Part shown: piece by piece, positions 32,264-46,994 of the stretch
How positions within the stretch are numbered: position 1 is the first letter of the stretch
Layout: each line of letters opens with the position of its first letter
DNA from: Flaccisagitta enflata
Taxonomy: Eukaryota
Assembly (NCBI GenBank): GCA_965153355.1
Contig: OZ231126.1
Coordinates: forward strand, 14,756,001 to 14,820,000
DNA: 64,000 bases
Direction: 5' to 3'
Position numbers and translations under genes: made by a program
The notes under the pieces: generated by a model
What the model saw: only the letters and a program-made list of their open reading frames with translations
Told to the model about the DNA's origin: nothing
The model's database searches: none

Positions 32264-34223
32264 ATAAAATGGAAGAGAGGCTTAAAGACCGACACGTTGT
32301 GTTTCAGCTGAATATGCTTCATCAGGGTATGATGATGATGATGATGATGATGAAGATGATGGTGATGATGATCAATTTTTTATGATATTGATGAAAATAT
32401 TTATGATGACGATGATAATGACTAAGGTGATCCCACCCTCAGGATTGAAGGATCTTCCGCCGCTTCCTCCTTCGTGCTCTTTGAAGAAACTAAGGGTGGA
32501 AAATTGTTCATTGGAATCCCTGCCTTCAAATTTGTTCCAAAGTCAATTGGAGGAATTCTGCTTGGATGGAAATGAAGGTAAATCATGCTTTTTGAGCTGG
32601 AAAAGTTGCGGAATACACATTTTGTCATTTTAACTCTGATAATGTGCGAATGATCTCTAATTAGCGCTCCGGTCAGGCACTTTCTTTCCAAATGAAAACT
32701 CATTTTGTAATTTTGACTCTTTACTATCTAGGAAATATGTTTGGAAGCACCTTTAAAGAGGAATATCTCAACTTCTCATTGAGATGAATAAGAAAAATTT
32801 ATGAGCATTTTAATTATCATCAAAAAATCTACAATCTGAATGCAATCTCGTCTCTGTGCACCAAACCATTTAGAAATGCCATTAGTTTGAAGTTAATCAT
32901 GCACTTTCAAAAATGGCAAAAAAAGGAGGATTTCTTTTTTCTCCTTCCTTTCCATCTTTGAATTGCTCTAAAAAATTATGAACATATGCAGATTGCACCA
33001 CTGGTTAGCTCTTGAGCTCTAGTTTTATAATCTCATGGATTTTTAGTCAGATTTCTAAAGGGAAGTAGCTCAATTTTGCAGCCAAAATGACCAAAATGTA
33101 CCATTTTAACCACAACCACCTCTTAGTTGTGATAAACAAACCAAACTCGCAGTTCCTTAAATGGATTGAAGATTGTTTTTCTTTTTTGTTCTCGGTAATA
33201 TGAATAACAGGGTGTGCAAAAAAATCCGCACTCAACATCATTTCTACTAAAAAGACACATAGAATTGGAAAAACTTTCTCAAACTGATGCTCAAAGTTGA
33301 AAATTTGGTTATTTCTATAGTTAAGATAAGAAAAAATGTCAGTATAGTGGACAGCTAAATATATTATTAGACCAACAATGACATAACTAGAATATTACAA
33401 ACATTCTTTTTCTGTGAATAAATGTTTATCTCTCATCTGAATTCAATTGATGAAATTTTTTTTTGTGCACTGAAACCCCTCCTGCTTATCCCATCTATCT
33501 CTCCTTGATGTATTTCATCTCAAACAATCCATCTAAAGACCAATGAGGTAACTAAAACCTTCTTTTTTTAGTAAATACTGCTCTGCCAATAAAATCATGT
33601 CAAAATCATATTTTCTGTTTCTTCTTAGATACATATCATGGCCATGTATAGAAATTGTATCAGCTGTTCATGATTTCTACTTTTAGTATAACCAACTGAC
33701 ATACTACGGTTCAAATTTTAGCTTATGACTCTTATAAGAAGCATGGTTTTAAAGCATTATGCGGAGTGCGAATTTTTTTGCACACCCTGTTATAAGAATA
33801 ACCAAAAACAATCAGGTTTATTATTTTTAAGTGCAGAAGGGGGAAAACATACTATAAACCTAAAGTGCTTCCAAACTTTTTTCCTAGATAGTAGTTTACA
33901 CCCCTTTTCTAGAGGTATCATTTTCTTCGGAAATTCATTTTTCTAAAATTCTAATTAGCGGTCCCCTACTTCCCCAGTTCAATGACTTTGCGCTACATTC
34001 GCAAGAAAAAAAACAGGGGGTACCTGTTAGGGAGGGCCGAATTGAGAAAATATGGTATGTTTAATGTACAAAAACATATTCATAAGTGACAAGCTTTTTG
34101 CCCATCTTTGTTTTTTCTTTTCTTTTTTGGGCCCACAGCTAGATGTCCTCAGGGTCACATCCTCGCCCCTACAACTGAAGAAAACGATTGGCGTTGCGAC
34201 GGATATCTACCTGAAGGATGCAG
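27481..34223 (+). CDS. PolyQ / ADP-repeat / leucine-rich-repeat protein, 3'-incomplete model (exons 27481-27774, 28964-30542, 31993-32127, 32443-32577, probable 34139-34223)
   Basis: Phase-compatible GT-AG junctions. LRR motifs include LKVLRLPKNELDSIPRSIEKLPAIETICLWGNNLSEVP. Two paralogous 135-nt phase-1 LRR exons. The last exon encodes RCPQGHIL...WRCDG...GC, resembling the first half of a Cys/His zinc-binding module. Downstream exons were not securely found. Confidence 0.8.
28535..28852. mobile_element. HINE-like element, family C (TTTTTAGATGCG...GGACGCATCGTTG...GGCTTGTT)
   Basis: AGATGCG/CGCATC subterminal inverted motif with (CCGT/CGGT)n; relatives at 18314-18556, about 20690-20808 and 61004-61868. 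Confidence 0.65.
30604..31030 (+). mobile_element. HINE-like element, family B, in LRR gene intron
   Basis: TTTTTGGGCAGCGGCCCCAAAGGGGTCGATGACCTATG...CATAGGTCATCGACCCCTTCGGGGCTGCTGCCC, then a ~80-bp tail, so the inverted repeats are asymmetric. A reverse-orientation relative lies at 51456-52072. Confidence 0.7.
33207..33790. mobile_element. TA-flanked MITE
   Basis: TA|ACAGGGTGTGCAAAAAAATCCGCACTC...GAGTGCGAATTTTTTTGCACACCCTGT|TA. Confidence 0.7.
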
Positions 34224-35033
34224 GTAGGCACATGCCCCCAACTCTTCTCCTCCAATTACTATCTAGGAAAAAGATAAAGAGGACAGCTGGATAAAAGCTA
34301 GCATTCTTACTCATTGAATGAAATATGAGTTCATATGAATATACCTTTGATCGTAAAGACATAATGTGTTTTGAGTTTCCTCAGGAGGGTTGGTCTTTGA
34401 TTATTTTTACCTAATTTGAAAAATCATTGAATCCTTTGCCTTTGATTTCATCAACAATAAAAAAAATTTAGATAAATGTATATAATCTAGTGAGGCCAAG
34501 CAAAATGATTTTGATCAATCGCTTTGGAAATGAGAGCTCTTTCAATGAAGCTAATTTCTACTACTTCACTTGTTTGAAAATAGCCGGCAAATTTTTCAGA
34601 AAGAATCCGGTCAAGTCGCGGAAAAGATTTTTCCCACAATCAATTTTTTTGCCAAACACATCAAAAGATCCAGCGGCCGACAGAGACGAAAACATTTTTC
34701 CCCCTCTCAATTGCCAACCTCTTTGCTATCGGCATTTTTTTGGATTTCAAAGGCGAAAGAATTTTCCTTTTTTTGTCTGAATTCAAAAAGGGGAGGTTTT
34801 TTTGTAATGCGGTGACAAATTCTATAAAGGCTAAAATCCTGAAAGGACTTGATCCCAGAAAAGACTTGATCCCAGATAAAGACTTGATCCTGCTAAACGA
34901 TTCCAGTAAAAGACTTTCAATTCCTGAAAACTCGATTTCCTGCTTAACGATCATAACCTACGGCGGCGGCGTGGCGGCGGCGGCAAACTCAGTCGGGCGT
35001 CAAGCTTTAATCAAGCAAAACGGCGTCTGGCTT

Positions 35034-36323
35034 ATGTCAGCAACCTCGACGGCGTCACCTCGGGCCCCTGGGGGGCGGGGGTCCCGAAAAATCAAGGAAA
35101 ACCCTCAATACCCATCGCAACCGGGTGTAAGGACGTCAGCGGAGAATCGGCGCCTGGCGGCGGCGGCGGCGCCGGACATGTCTAGTCCTTCAACAACGAC
35201 GAGACCAAAGACAGCACCGTCGACAACGCCAGGCTCAAAGGATAAGAAGAAAAGGCTCAGTTCATCGACGACGCCAAAGGGGGCGACGGCGTCGACGGCG
35301 ACAACGCCGACGGGGCTACTTCCGGCGTCGGCATCGATGCCGGTGGAAAGCGGCGGTGGCGGTGGCGGTGGCAACGCTGAAAAAGCTGATATCATGGTGA
35401 GATTAGCCCAATTGGAGGAGAAAGTTGAGAGATTTGAAGAGGAAGGAAAGCTAAAGGACCGGGAAATCTTTGAGCTCAGAGATCGTCTTGAGGAGGAGGA
35501 GTTTGAGAGGAAGAGAGTCGAGGATAGATTTAAAGATAGATTGGAGGAGGAAGGAAAGAAACAGGAGGAGGAAATCCGAGTTCTAAAGGAGAAAGTCTTG
35601 GAGCTGGAAAAGAAGGAGGAGGGCCGACAGGTGGTGGGAGCAGAAGATCCAAGGCAAGAAGAAGCCAGGGGGGAGCGGGAGAGGTATAAGGGAGTCATCC
35701 TAACGGACTCTAATGGAAGAGGAACAACCGAGGGCACCATTAAGAACCACATCCCGAGGAAAGAGAGGGGAAAGTTTGAGATTCGGGTGGATGACACGGC
35801 ATACACGATGGGAGAAGCCCTTGAACGCGTGGGTGTGGGGGAGGGGAAGGTGGATGTAAGTGGTGCAATAGTAGTGGTCGATTCCCTGACTAACGACATC
35901 AGAGGATCAAGGAAAGTGACTCCGGCGTCACCCGAGGAACTTGTGCATCGTGTTAGTCGGCTGTGGCAAGGACTGTTTGCAGCCGGTGCAGCAGCTGTTG
36001 TAATTTGCGAGGCCAAGCCAATGCGTGACGTCGATGTCTCTCAGCACAATCGCCTTCTCAGCGAGTTTTTGGAGAACAGTGGAGCAGGCGGATATGGTTG
36101 CAGAACCCAGATGAGAATGAACTATCTGAAGATGGATGGCGTCCATTTTTGACCTGAGTTTGGCTCTATCTTAGATCGCACTTATGCATGCGCTATATTA
36201 GGCATACATGTCCCGTGCCCTACCCCGCTTGAGGATTTTGTACCCGAGTTTGTGAGACGTAGGTGGGAGAGAGAGTGGCCTAGGATAGGTAGAGGTGGGC
36301 CAGGAAGGGCGCCCATGTTTTAG
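35034..36323 (+). pseudogene. LINE ORF1: coiled coil plus SGNH esterase-like domain, with a premature stop at 36150-36152
   Basis: Heptad-rich E/K/R segment; SGNH-like blocks ILTDSNGR, VVVDSLTNDIR and DGVHF. The frame stays open after the TGA up to TAG at 36323, 3 nt before the ORF2 ATG. Confidence 0.8.
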
Positions 36324-36326
36324 ACT

Positions 36327-39300
36327 ATGGCGGCTGGTTCTGTTGATCTGCGTGGAGTGGGGCGTTGCCCACGTTGCGAGGTTTGTGGTACCGCTGTTAG
36401 GACGAGGGGTCTGGGGGTTGGGGGGGTGTGGTGCCCGGGTTGCTTAGGTGGTGCCCTGCCCTTTGTTGGACTAGTGGCAGAGGGGGAGTTTAGGGGTGCC
36501 CTTAGGGAGTATAGGGAGGGGCTGGGGTCGAGGGCCAGGGACTTCTTGGGTTTGAGGTGAGGAGGTGAGGGGGGCTCTTGGGGGGGTGGACGCCACACTT
36601 AGGGGGTGTGGGTATGTTGGGGGGGACGAGGTCAGGGGGAAGCTTAGAGAGCGCGCCAGGGATGGGGGCTGTTCCCTCTCCCTCCTCTTCCATAATGTGA
36701 GGAGTGCGCGGGGGCCTGGGATGGAGTTGTTTGAGGCGGAGCTGAGGAGGTGGGGGGTCCAATGGGATGTGGTGGGGTTGGCTGAGACTTGGTTGGATGG
36801 GGAGAGTGAGAAGGGGGTGGCGGTTCAGGGTTACGGGGCGGTGTTTGCATCAAGGGGGAGCAAGAGGGGTGGGGGGGTGGCTCTACTTTTGAGGGATGGA
36901 CTCACGTACAGGGAGAGGCCTGACCTGGGGACTTTTACTGAGGGGGTTTTTGAGTCTCTGTTTGTGGAGATTGTTAGGGGAGGGGGATGTAGGAATGACA
37001 TAATTGGGGTGGTCTATAGGTCCCCAGGGGGAGACCTGGGGGTGTTTAATGATGAGATGGCCAGGGTGCTGACTAGACTCCGGGGGACGGACGCTTACAT
37101 AATGGGTGATTTCAATGTTGACTTGTTGAGGACTGGCACCCATGAGCCAATGTCAGACTTCATGGGGGGATTCTCATCAGGGGGTTTCTACCCCCTGATA
37201 TCTCTCCCCGCAAGGCTGACAGACACTACTGCGACATTGATAGATAACATATGGACCAATAACTTGGGGGTGGGTATTGGGAGTGGGTTGGTGACGGTCA
37301 GGGTGTCGGACCACCTCCCTGTGTTTGCGTTTGTTGGGGGAGGTGGGCCAATAGAGGGGCAGGGGAGTGGGGGGGTGGGAGGTAGGAGGCGGCTGGTGAA
37401 TGAGGGTCGCATTGGCCGGTTTGCTGAGGAGTTGGAGGGGTGGGCTTTTGATGTGGAGGGGGCCCTGGGAGTTGAGGGGAATGTTGCGCGTTTTCGGAAT
37501 GCCTTCAGGGATCTGTATGACGCGCGTTTCCCATGGGTTGAGGACAAGAGGAACCGGAGGTACATTGAGAAGCCCTGGCTCAATGACGCCGAGTTCAAGG
37601 GGCTGGTCAGGGAGAAGGGTGAGCTGTACTCCAGGAAGCTGAGGGGGTTGCTAGATGAGGAGGGTGGGCGTAGACTGGTTGAAGTAAACAGGACAGTGGG
37701 GAACATGAGGCAGCGCCTGAAGAGGGCTTACTTCAACCAGAGGCTGGGTGAGATAGGTGGGGACCTGAGGGCCACCTGGGAGGTTTTGGGGGAGGTTTTA
37801 AGGGGTAGGAAGGGTCAGGGTAAGGGGGCGCCGTGTCGCTACTTCCTGAAGGAGGGGGTGCCGGTGACAGACGGGGCGAGGATAGCGGAGGGGTTCTGTG
37901 ATTTTTATTGCCAGGTGGGGCCGGGGCTGGCGTCTAGGATAGGCAGGGAACGGGATGGGGCCTTCCTGGAGTACATGGGGGAGAGGGTTGAGGAGTCCCT
38001 CATCTGGAGCCCCACGACTCCATTTGAGGTGGAGGAGCTGTGTAGGTCTCTGGCTCCGAGGAAGGGGATGGGGTGGGATGGGGTGTCGCCGCGGGTGATT
38101 AGGGGGGTTGCGAGGGAGCTCTCTGGCTCCTTGTCGAGGCTCTTCAACTGCTGCATGCGGGGTGGTTTCTATCCTGCTTGCTTCAAGGTTGCAAGGGTGG
38201 TCCTGGTTTTCAAGGGAGGGGACCCCACTGAGTTCTCGAACTATCGCCCGGTTTCGGTCCTGCCTGTACTCTCTCAGCTCTTTGAGAGGGTGTTGCAGAA
38301 GAGGCTGGTGGCCTTCTTCGACAGGCACCGGGTGATCGTCCCGGGGCAGTATGGGTTCAGGGCTGGTCATTCCACGTCCATGGCTGTATTGGACATGGTG
38401 GAGAGGGTAAGGGGGGCATGGGAGAAAGGGGACGTCTCTCTTGGGGTTTTCATAGACCTCAAGAAGGCGTTCGACACAGTGGACCATCAGCTTCTCCTTG
38501 GGAAGCTGGAGCATTATGGAGTGAGGGGGCAGACTCTGGAGCTCCTCCGGAGTTACCTGGAGGGGAGGGCCCAGTATGTTCAGTATGGGGGTTTTGAGTC
38601 AGAAAGGGGTCAGGTTGAGTGTGGAGTCCCTCAAGGATCAGTGTTAGGCCCTCTGTTCTTCTTGATCTATGTCAACGACATGGCAAGAGCATGCAGGGGC
38701 CATGATCTGGTCCTTTTTGCGGATGACACAAATATTTTTGCCCAGGGGAGGGACCCTGCTGAGCTTTTTGGGTTGGTGAATGGGGGTTTGGGTGAGCTCA
38801 GCAGATGGTTTAGGTGCAACAGACTTACTCTGAACTTGAAAAAGACTGAGTTTGTCTACTTTGGCGGACCTGGGGCCAGGGGGCACCTACCGGAAAGGCT
38901 GGGGCTGGAGTTTGGAGGTGAGAGGGTGGTACAGGTGGATGGGTCTTGTTTTCTAGGGGTGTGGGTGGATGGGGGCTTGAGGTGGTCGGGGCAGATAGAG
39001 CAGGTCCGGACGAAGGTTGCCCGGCTGCTGGGGGTGCTTGGTAGGGCGGGGGAGGTTTTGAGTAGTGGGTCCCTTCTCTCGCTCTATAATGCGTTGGTCC
39101 TCCCACACCTGCAGTACTGCCTTATGGTGTGGGGAGATTTCAAGGGTGGGCGGAATCTGACAGTGGGGGGGGCTCTTCTTAGGTACCAGAAGAGATTTGC
39201 TGGCCTGGTTGCTGGAAAGAGGGGGCGGTACCATGCAGACCCGCCCCTGGCTCAGCATGGCATGCTCAAGGTGGAGGACCTGTACAGGCAACAGCTCCGG

Positions 39301-39495
39301 GTCCACGCCTGGTGCTTCTGGAGGGGCAGGCTCCAAGAGAACCAGGCAGCTATGCTGGGCAGGATTGATGGGGTGCATGGGTATGGGACGAGGGCTGCAA
39401 GGGGGGGGCTTTATCTTTCGACCAGGGACCATAGGTCAGTGGGGTACAGGGTGCTGAAGGAGTGGGCGGCTTTGGGGGAGGATCACAGGGGGTTT
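36327..39495 (+). pseudogene. LINE ORF2: Cys-rich N-terminus, APE endonuclease and reverse transcriptase; frameshift near 36560
   Basis: CEVC...WCPGCLGGALPF; APE motifs LAETW, YRSP, GDFNVD, TLIDNIW, SDHLPVF; RT motifs NYRPVSVLP, QYGFR, DLKKAFDTVDH, GVPQGSVLGP, FADDT. Confidence 0.95.
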
Positions 39496-41322
39496 GTTTG
39501 TTTGTTATCCAACGTAGAAGATCGAGTTGACTAAATAAAATCGTCCAGAGAAGAGAGAGAGTCAGAAAGGGAAATGTGGCCCGGAGAGTCCGAGTTGAAG
39601 GATGAGGATGAAGGAATCGAGAGAGTTGAGAAAAGCGAGTGAGAAGAAGAACCGCCCGGCGAAGGTGGTGGGGCCGGAGGTGGCCGGCCGTTAGGATGGA
39701 TTGACGGCGGCTATAAATTACGCCCACGAGTTTCAACTGGCACTGTCTATGAGCGTCTAGCTGACTGACGACTTGTGGTGAAAGAAAGTTGGCCGATTGG
39801 AAAATAGGAAGGCGATCGTCTCGTTTATTCCATAAAAATTTCAACAACTGAAGAGAGGGGATAAAATGAAAGGGAAAGTGGGCGTTAATGGTGATCAGCA
39901 AACGCAAAAGATAACATGAAATCGAGACAGGACACAATAAAGGACAGAAACAGCACATGACAACATGTTCATCTTCTTCAGAGCCCATGCCACCTGATAA
40001 TACCTGCCCCTGCCCCGGCCCATCCCATTAAATTCATCCATATCATCCCCATAGTAAGCTGATCGGGCAAACGATAAAACCATACTAAAATCCATCGATA
40101 AAATGCAAAATGCAAAAGACAAAAATAACAGACCGGAAGACAAGATAAAAACAACGTTACTAAAAGCAAAGACGCGTCTATAAAACTTACTTTTAGGCCC
40201 ACTTTCGTTGGTTTCAACCCACAGTCTGTCGATGTCAAACTAACGTTAATTGTCCGTTCATAAGTTTATCTGCAATAAAAAGATGAGAGATTATTGAAAT
40301 TAGTAAATTCCAAGGGCACATTCAATCAATCACGAAAAATCAATCAATCACTTTAGGAAGCACATTAAATAAAAATAAAAACAATCGATCCAAAATTGGA
40401 TGACACGAAACGAGTTACGTATGTTTGTTTACGTAATAAAAACAAATGGCATAAAATACAAGGCGCAACCATATGGTTACCCATCTAGCTTTATATAAAA
40501 ATGCGAGAAACAAAAGACACCGGCATTGAATAATAAGAAAGAAGAAAATCAAAAGCACGCAAAAGAAACAAAAGCACACATACTTAATAGACGGACGGAC
40601 ATACATTTCTAACATTCTGCCCCATATTTTTGGAATTTCACTAATTTCAAAACTGACATCTAGTTTCCGGTCGGGGAAACCTCACAAAAACCGACATTAC
40701 CTTCCTTAAAAAATTTACATAGACATGGTGCTCCTCGCCCTCCCCCGTCCACCGCCTCATATCCCCACCCCAATTATCATCAACAGATCGACGACTGCAC
40801 GAATGATGACTCCTGTCCGGAAAGGATCCACCACCAGCAAATTTTCAACGATCAACGATGACGCGGATGGAGACGAGTATGCACGAGGAGGTTGAGGCAC
40901 CCTGCCTCTGTAAAAGTTAAGGGAAAGGGGGGAAGGGAACGTGGCCTGGAGCACTCAAGCCTGGATTTGACTGAGAGGGAAACAATATAGGGGGTATACT
41001 ATCAGTAACATGTCATACGAAAGTATTCAGAAAATGACTAAAAAGACCATGTCTAAAACAAACACAACAAATGTACATGTTCCATAGGAAATCAAACAAA
41101 AACAAGACAAAATTAACAAATATTAACTATATATAAAAACGAACCCAAAGCAAAAAAAAATAGTAAGCATCATGGAACGACCACATCACCTATGCCTACC
41201 CATTACAGAGACGAGCGGGTCATTCCGGCCCAACATCTCACAATCTGTGGGCGGTAAAGGCGATGATGATATCGCCAACGGCACCGCATCGAAAGGCGTG
41301 AGGGTGGTGCAGCCGCCTGAGA

Positions 41323-42443
41323 ATGTATCCTCCCCAAGGGGAAGATAAAAAAAGAGAAAGAATAGTGGCAGATGGATTAGTAAAGTTCTTATCGACACAG
41401 ATTCAAATTTACAACAAAACTCAACCTCAACCCTTCCCAAACCATGACACTTACGCGGGCGTTTTTCGCCAGGCCCCGGGGCGGATACGTCATTCCCACG
41501 CCCCGGTTGCGCCCCGACAATGCCGGCCTGTCCATCGGCGACGGGATGAGGATGTGATGGTGGAAGACGATCCTCAGCGAATGGTGGCGCTCTCCACGCC
41601 ATGTTCAGGTTCTTCTTCTGATTGTGTGCATCCGTTCAAAGCGCTGTCATTGAAAACCAAAGGTGAGGGATTGGAAAGTGATGAGAAAGGGGATGAGGAT
41701 GATTCAGGTGAGAAGGGGGATGAGGATAAGAAAGGTGGGGAGGTAGAGAAGAAGAAGAAGAAAGAAGAAGAAGATGAGAAGGAGGAAGAGAAGAAGAAGA
41801 AGAAAGAGGAAGAGGAGGAAGAGAAGAAGAAGAGGAAGAAGGAGGAAGAGGAGAAGAAGAGAAGAAGAGGAAGAAAGAAGAAGAAGGAAAGAAGAAAAGG
41901 GAGAAAAAGAAGTCTAGTCCATTACCAGAGGGTTTCTTTGAAAGTTCTTCTGACAGTGATAGTGATAGTGAGGAAGAGAGAGGGCTTAAATCACAGTACC
42001 CGGGATTTGAGGATCCGCCAGAAGGGATCACCTTATGCCACGAAAGAGGTGGTTACCTCTGTGGTGGCTGTGGAGATGCTAGAAGGGTGGCTAGGATTTT
42101 GAAAGCTACAGAAAGTGTAAAATTTGACGAGGTGAAAAAGGGCACTAAAGAATGTCTGGTTTACCTGGCAAATGAGGCAAAGTTTAACGCCATAGTCAAA
42201 GGGCTTATCACCAAGGAAACTACCATGTATGATTTGCTGTGTGTTTTTAACTCCAAGGCAACACATTGGAGGCATACCCTTGACCCTTTACTTAAGCGTG
42301 TTGAGCATTTTACAAGCTTTAAAAACTTTTTATTGTTTTTTCGGACGGCCAAATGGCCAATGATCCGTGAAGAGTCTTTAGTAGAGGCGCTTAATAGTTT
42401 CCCCATGGGGCCGAGGAAGTGGATGTGGAGCAAGAGCATATAA
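41323..42443 (+). other. Unassigned ~370-codon reading frame with one frameshift in a K/E-rich tract
   Basis: ORF 41323.. is continued in another frame from about 41900 by KKKSSPLPEGFFESSSDSDSDSEEERGLKSQYPGFEDPPEGITLCHERGGYLCGGCGDARRVARILKATE...WMWSKSI*. No family recognised. Confidence 0.45.
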
Positions 42444-42765
42444 GTTGCCCATAGGACCGAGGAAGTGGATGTGTAGCAAGAGCATACAAGTTGCCCATGG
42501 AGCCAAGTAATTGGATGTGGAGCAAGAGCATACAAGTTGCCCATGGGGCCGAGGAAGTGGATATGGGGCAAGAGCATACAAGTTGCCCATGGGGCCGAGG
42601 AAGTGGATGTGGAGCAAGAGCATATAAGTTGCCCATAGGACCGAGGAAGTGGATGTGTAGCAAGAGCATACAAGTTGCCCATGGAGCCAAGTAATTGGAT
42701 GTGGAGCAAGAGCATACAAGTTGCCCATGGGGCCGAGGAAGTGGATATGGGGCAAGAGCATACAA
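42398..42765. repeat. 46-bp minisatellite, 8 copies in higher-order ABCD-ABCD arrangement
   Basis: Unit GTTGCCCATGGGGCCGAGGAAGTGGATGTGGAGCAAGAGCATAYAA; the variant pattern repeats with a 184-bp period. Confidence 0.95.
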
Positions 42766-43669
42766 GGAGCCCGGGGGTCGTGTAAACTTGCAGAGCCAAG
42801 CCAAAGGTATGGTGATTGGCGAGGTCACAAGTCGCCGAGAAATGGGGAGGCAGAGATGGGGGGGGGGGGGGAGCGAGGGAGAAGGGAAATACTATCTAGC
42901 TCATAAATATACGGACACCTTCCCATATTCATAGCAGCTAAACTTCAATAATATTGAATCAATATCCAATAAAAAAATGAAAGTAGATCAACAAACTATA
43001 ACGAAAAATCTTCCATTCAAGACCAAGCAAAGCTCAGTAGCTCAATCTGTTTTGAAATGAGAGCGTTTTGAAGAAAAAGTGTCATTTAACAAAAATCAAA
43101 TTCAAAGGTTTTCAGTTGAAATCATTAAATGACAACCTTCATAGAAAGAGATCCTAAATCCAAATAGATTGGCAAAAATCATTCTGCTTGACCTCATTAG
43201 ATCACATTTTTACCAAACATTTTGAATATTGAAAAAATTGGAGGCTGTAGTTAAACATATTGCTCTAAAATTATCTTATATCAATAGAAAACAAAAGAAA
43301 AATCAATGATTTTTTGTTGCTTACTGAGAAATAAAGGATACACTGATTTTAGTCGAAAAATCATAAACCAATCCAATAGAAACTCGTAACAGAAGTTCTT
43401 GATAGATCATAATACCAAAAATGAATTTATTGGGATATATATTTCATTCAGTGAGTCAGAATGCAAGTCTTTGTCCAGCTGTCCGTATATTTATGAGCTA
43501 GATGGTACTAAAGGTAAGAATGAAAGTAAAACGAAACCCGTGGGATCGATAAAGAAAAAAATACTCTTGGGCAGACGTAAAGCAGAACTCTCGATGTTGA
43601 GTTCAAATTTCGCGGAAAAGGTTGAAGCGCGAAAGTGTGAAGAGGAACGACTTCTGCGTCTATCGCACC

Positions 43670-44010
43670 GGACTGAGGTCAAAAGGGCTGAAGGAGAGGT
43701 GGGTTTAGACACTCTGGTGAAGGAGAATGGTGGTTGGAAACTGGACTGAGGTCAAAAGGGCAGAAGAAGAGGTGGGTTTGGACACTCTGGTGAAGGAGAA
43801 TGGGGGTTGGAACCTGGACTGAGGTCAAAAGGGCTGAAGGAGAGGTGGGTTGGGACACTCTGGTGAAGGAGAATGGGGGTTGGAAACTGTACCGGGGTCA
43901 GAAAGCTGAAGGGCTGAAGGAAAGGTGGGTTGGGACACTCTGGTGACACCAAATGTTTGAGGGATAGCGAGAGTTGGAAACTGGGCCGGGGTCAAAAGGG
44001 CTGAAGGAGA
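43670..44010. repeat. ~73-bp degenerate tandem repeat, 4-5 copies
   Basis: GGACTGAGGTCAAAAGGGCTGAAGGAGAGGTGGGTT.GGACACTCTGGTGAAGGAGAATGG recurring at 43670, 43743 and 43816. Confidence 0.85.
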
Positions 44011-44389
44011 AACATGGGAGAGTGGTTTGAAGGGTTATTGTCACTGGGCTGAGGCTGAAGGGGCTAGGGACTAATGGCAGTGTTAAAAAAAAATCATGGT
44101 AAATGGTAATGGTTTATTCAAATATCTAAACGTGGATAATGAAGAAAACATGGTAAAAAAAGTCATGTTCATTGCAATAGAATGACATTCATCACTAACT
44201 AAAACTTTTTTGCGCCGCACTGAAGAGTTACACTGTGATGGGTTTAGTACTTAGTAGGAGGGCCGATGAAAAAAGGGTACTTTTAACTGGACTGGGGCCA
44301 AAAGGTTCAGAGGAGGAGAGCGAGGGTCTAACGCCCGGCGTCAGGAGGCCAGGGGCAAAAGTGGGTCAAATAGACGAAAGAGGTCGAAA

Positions 44390-46919
<2,530 letters not shown>

Positions 46920-46994
46920 GCTCGCTGTAGTGATAAGGTATGGAGGTCAGACAGGGGTCATAAAGATGGCACTGGGAGGCAGAATGAGGTGAAA

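Larger units (their letters stand above)
34740..39495 (+). mobile_element. Non-LTR retrotransposon of the CR1/L2 group (Crack/Daphne-like), degraded and 3'-truncated
   Basis: ORF1 plus APE-RT ORF2; short tandem AAGACTTGATCCCAGA repeats in the presumed 5' UTR (about 34843-34891); 5' boundary approximate; no 3' UTR or tail after about 39495. Confidence 0.92.

Noticed and set aside
42398-42765. CRISPR array or repeat-protein ORFs
   Set aside because: Contiguous 46-bp units with no spacers; the unit length is not a multiple of 3.
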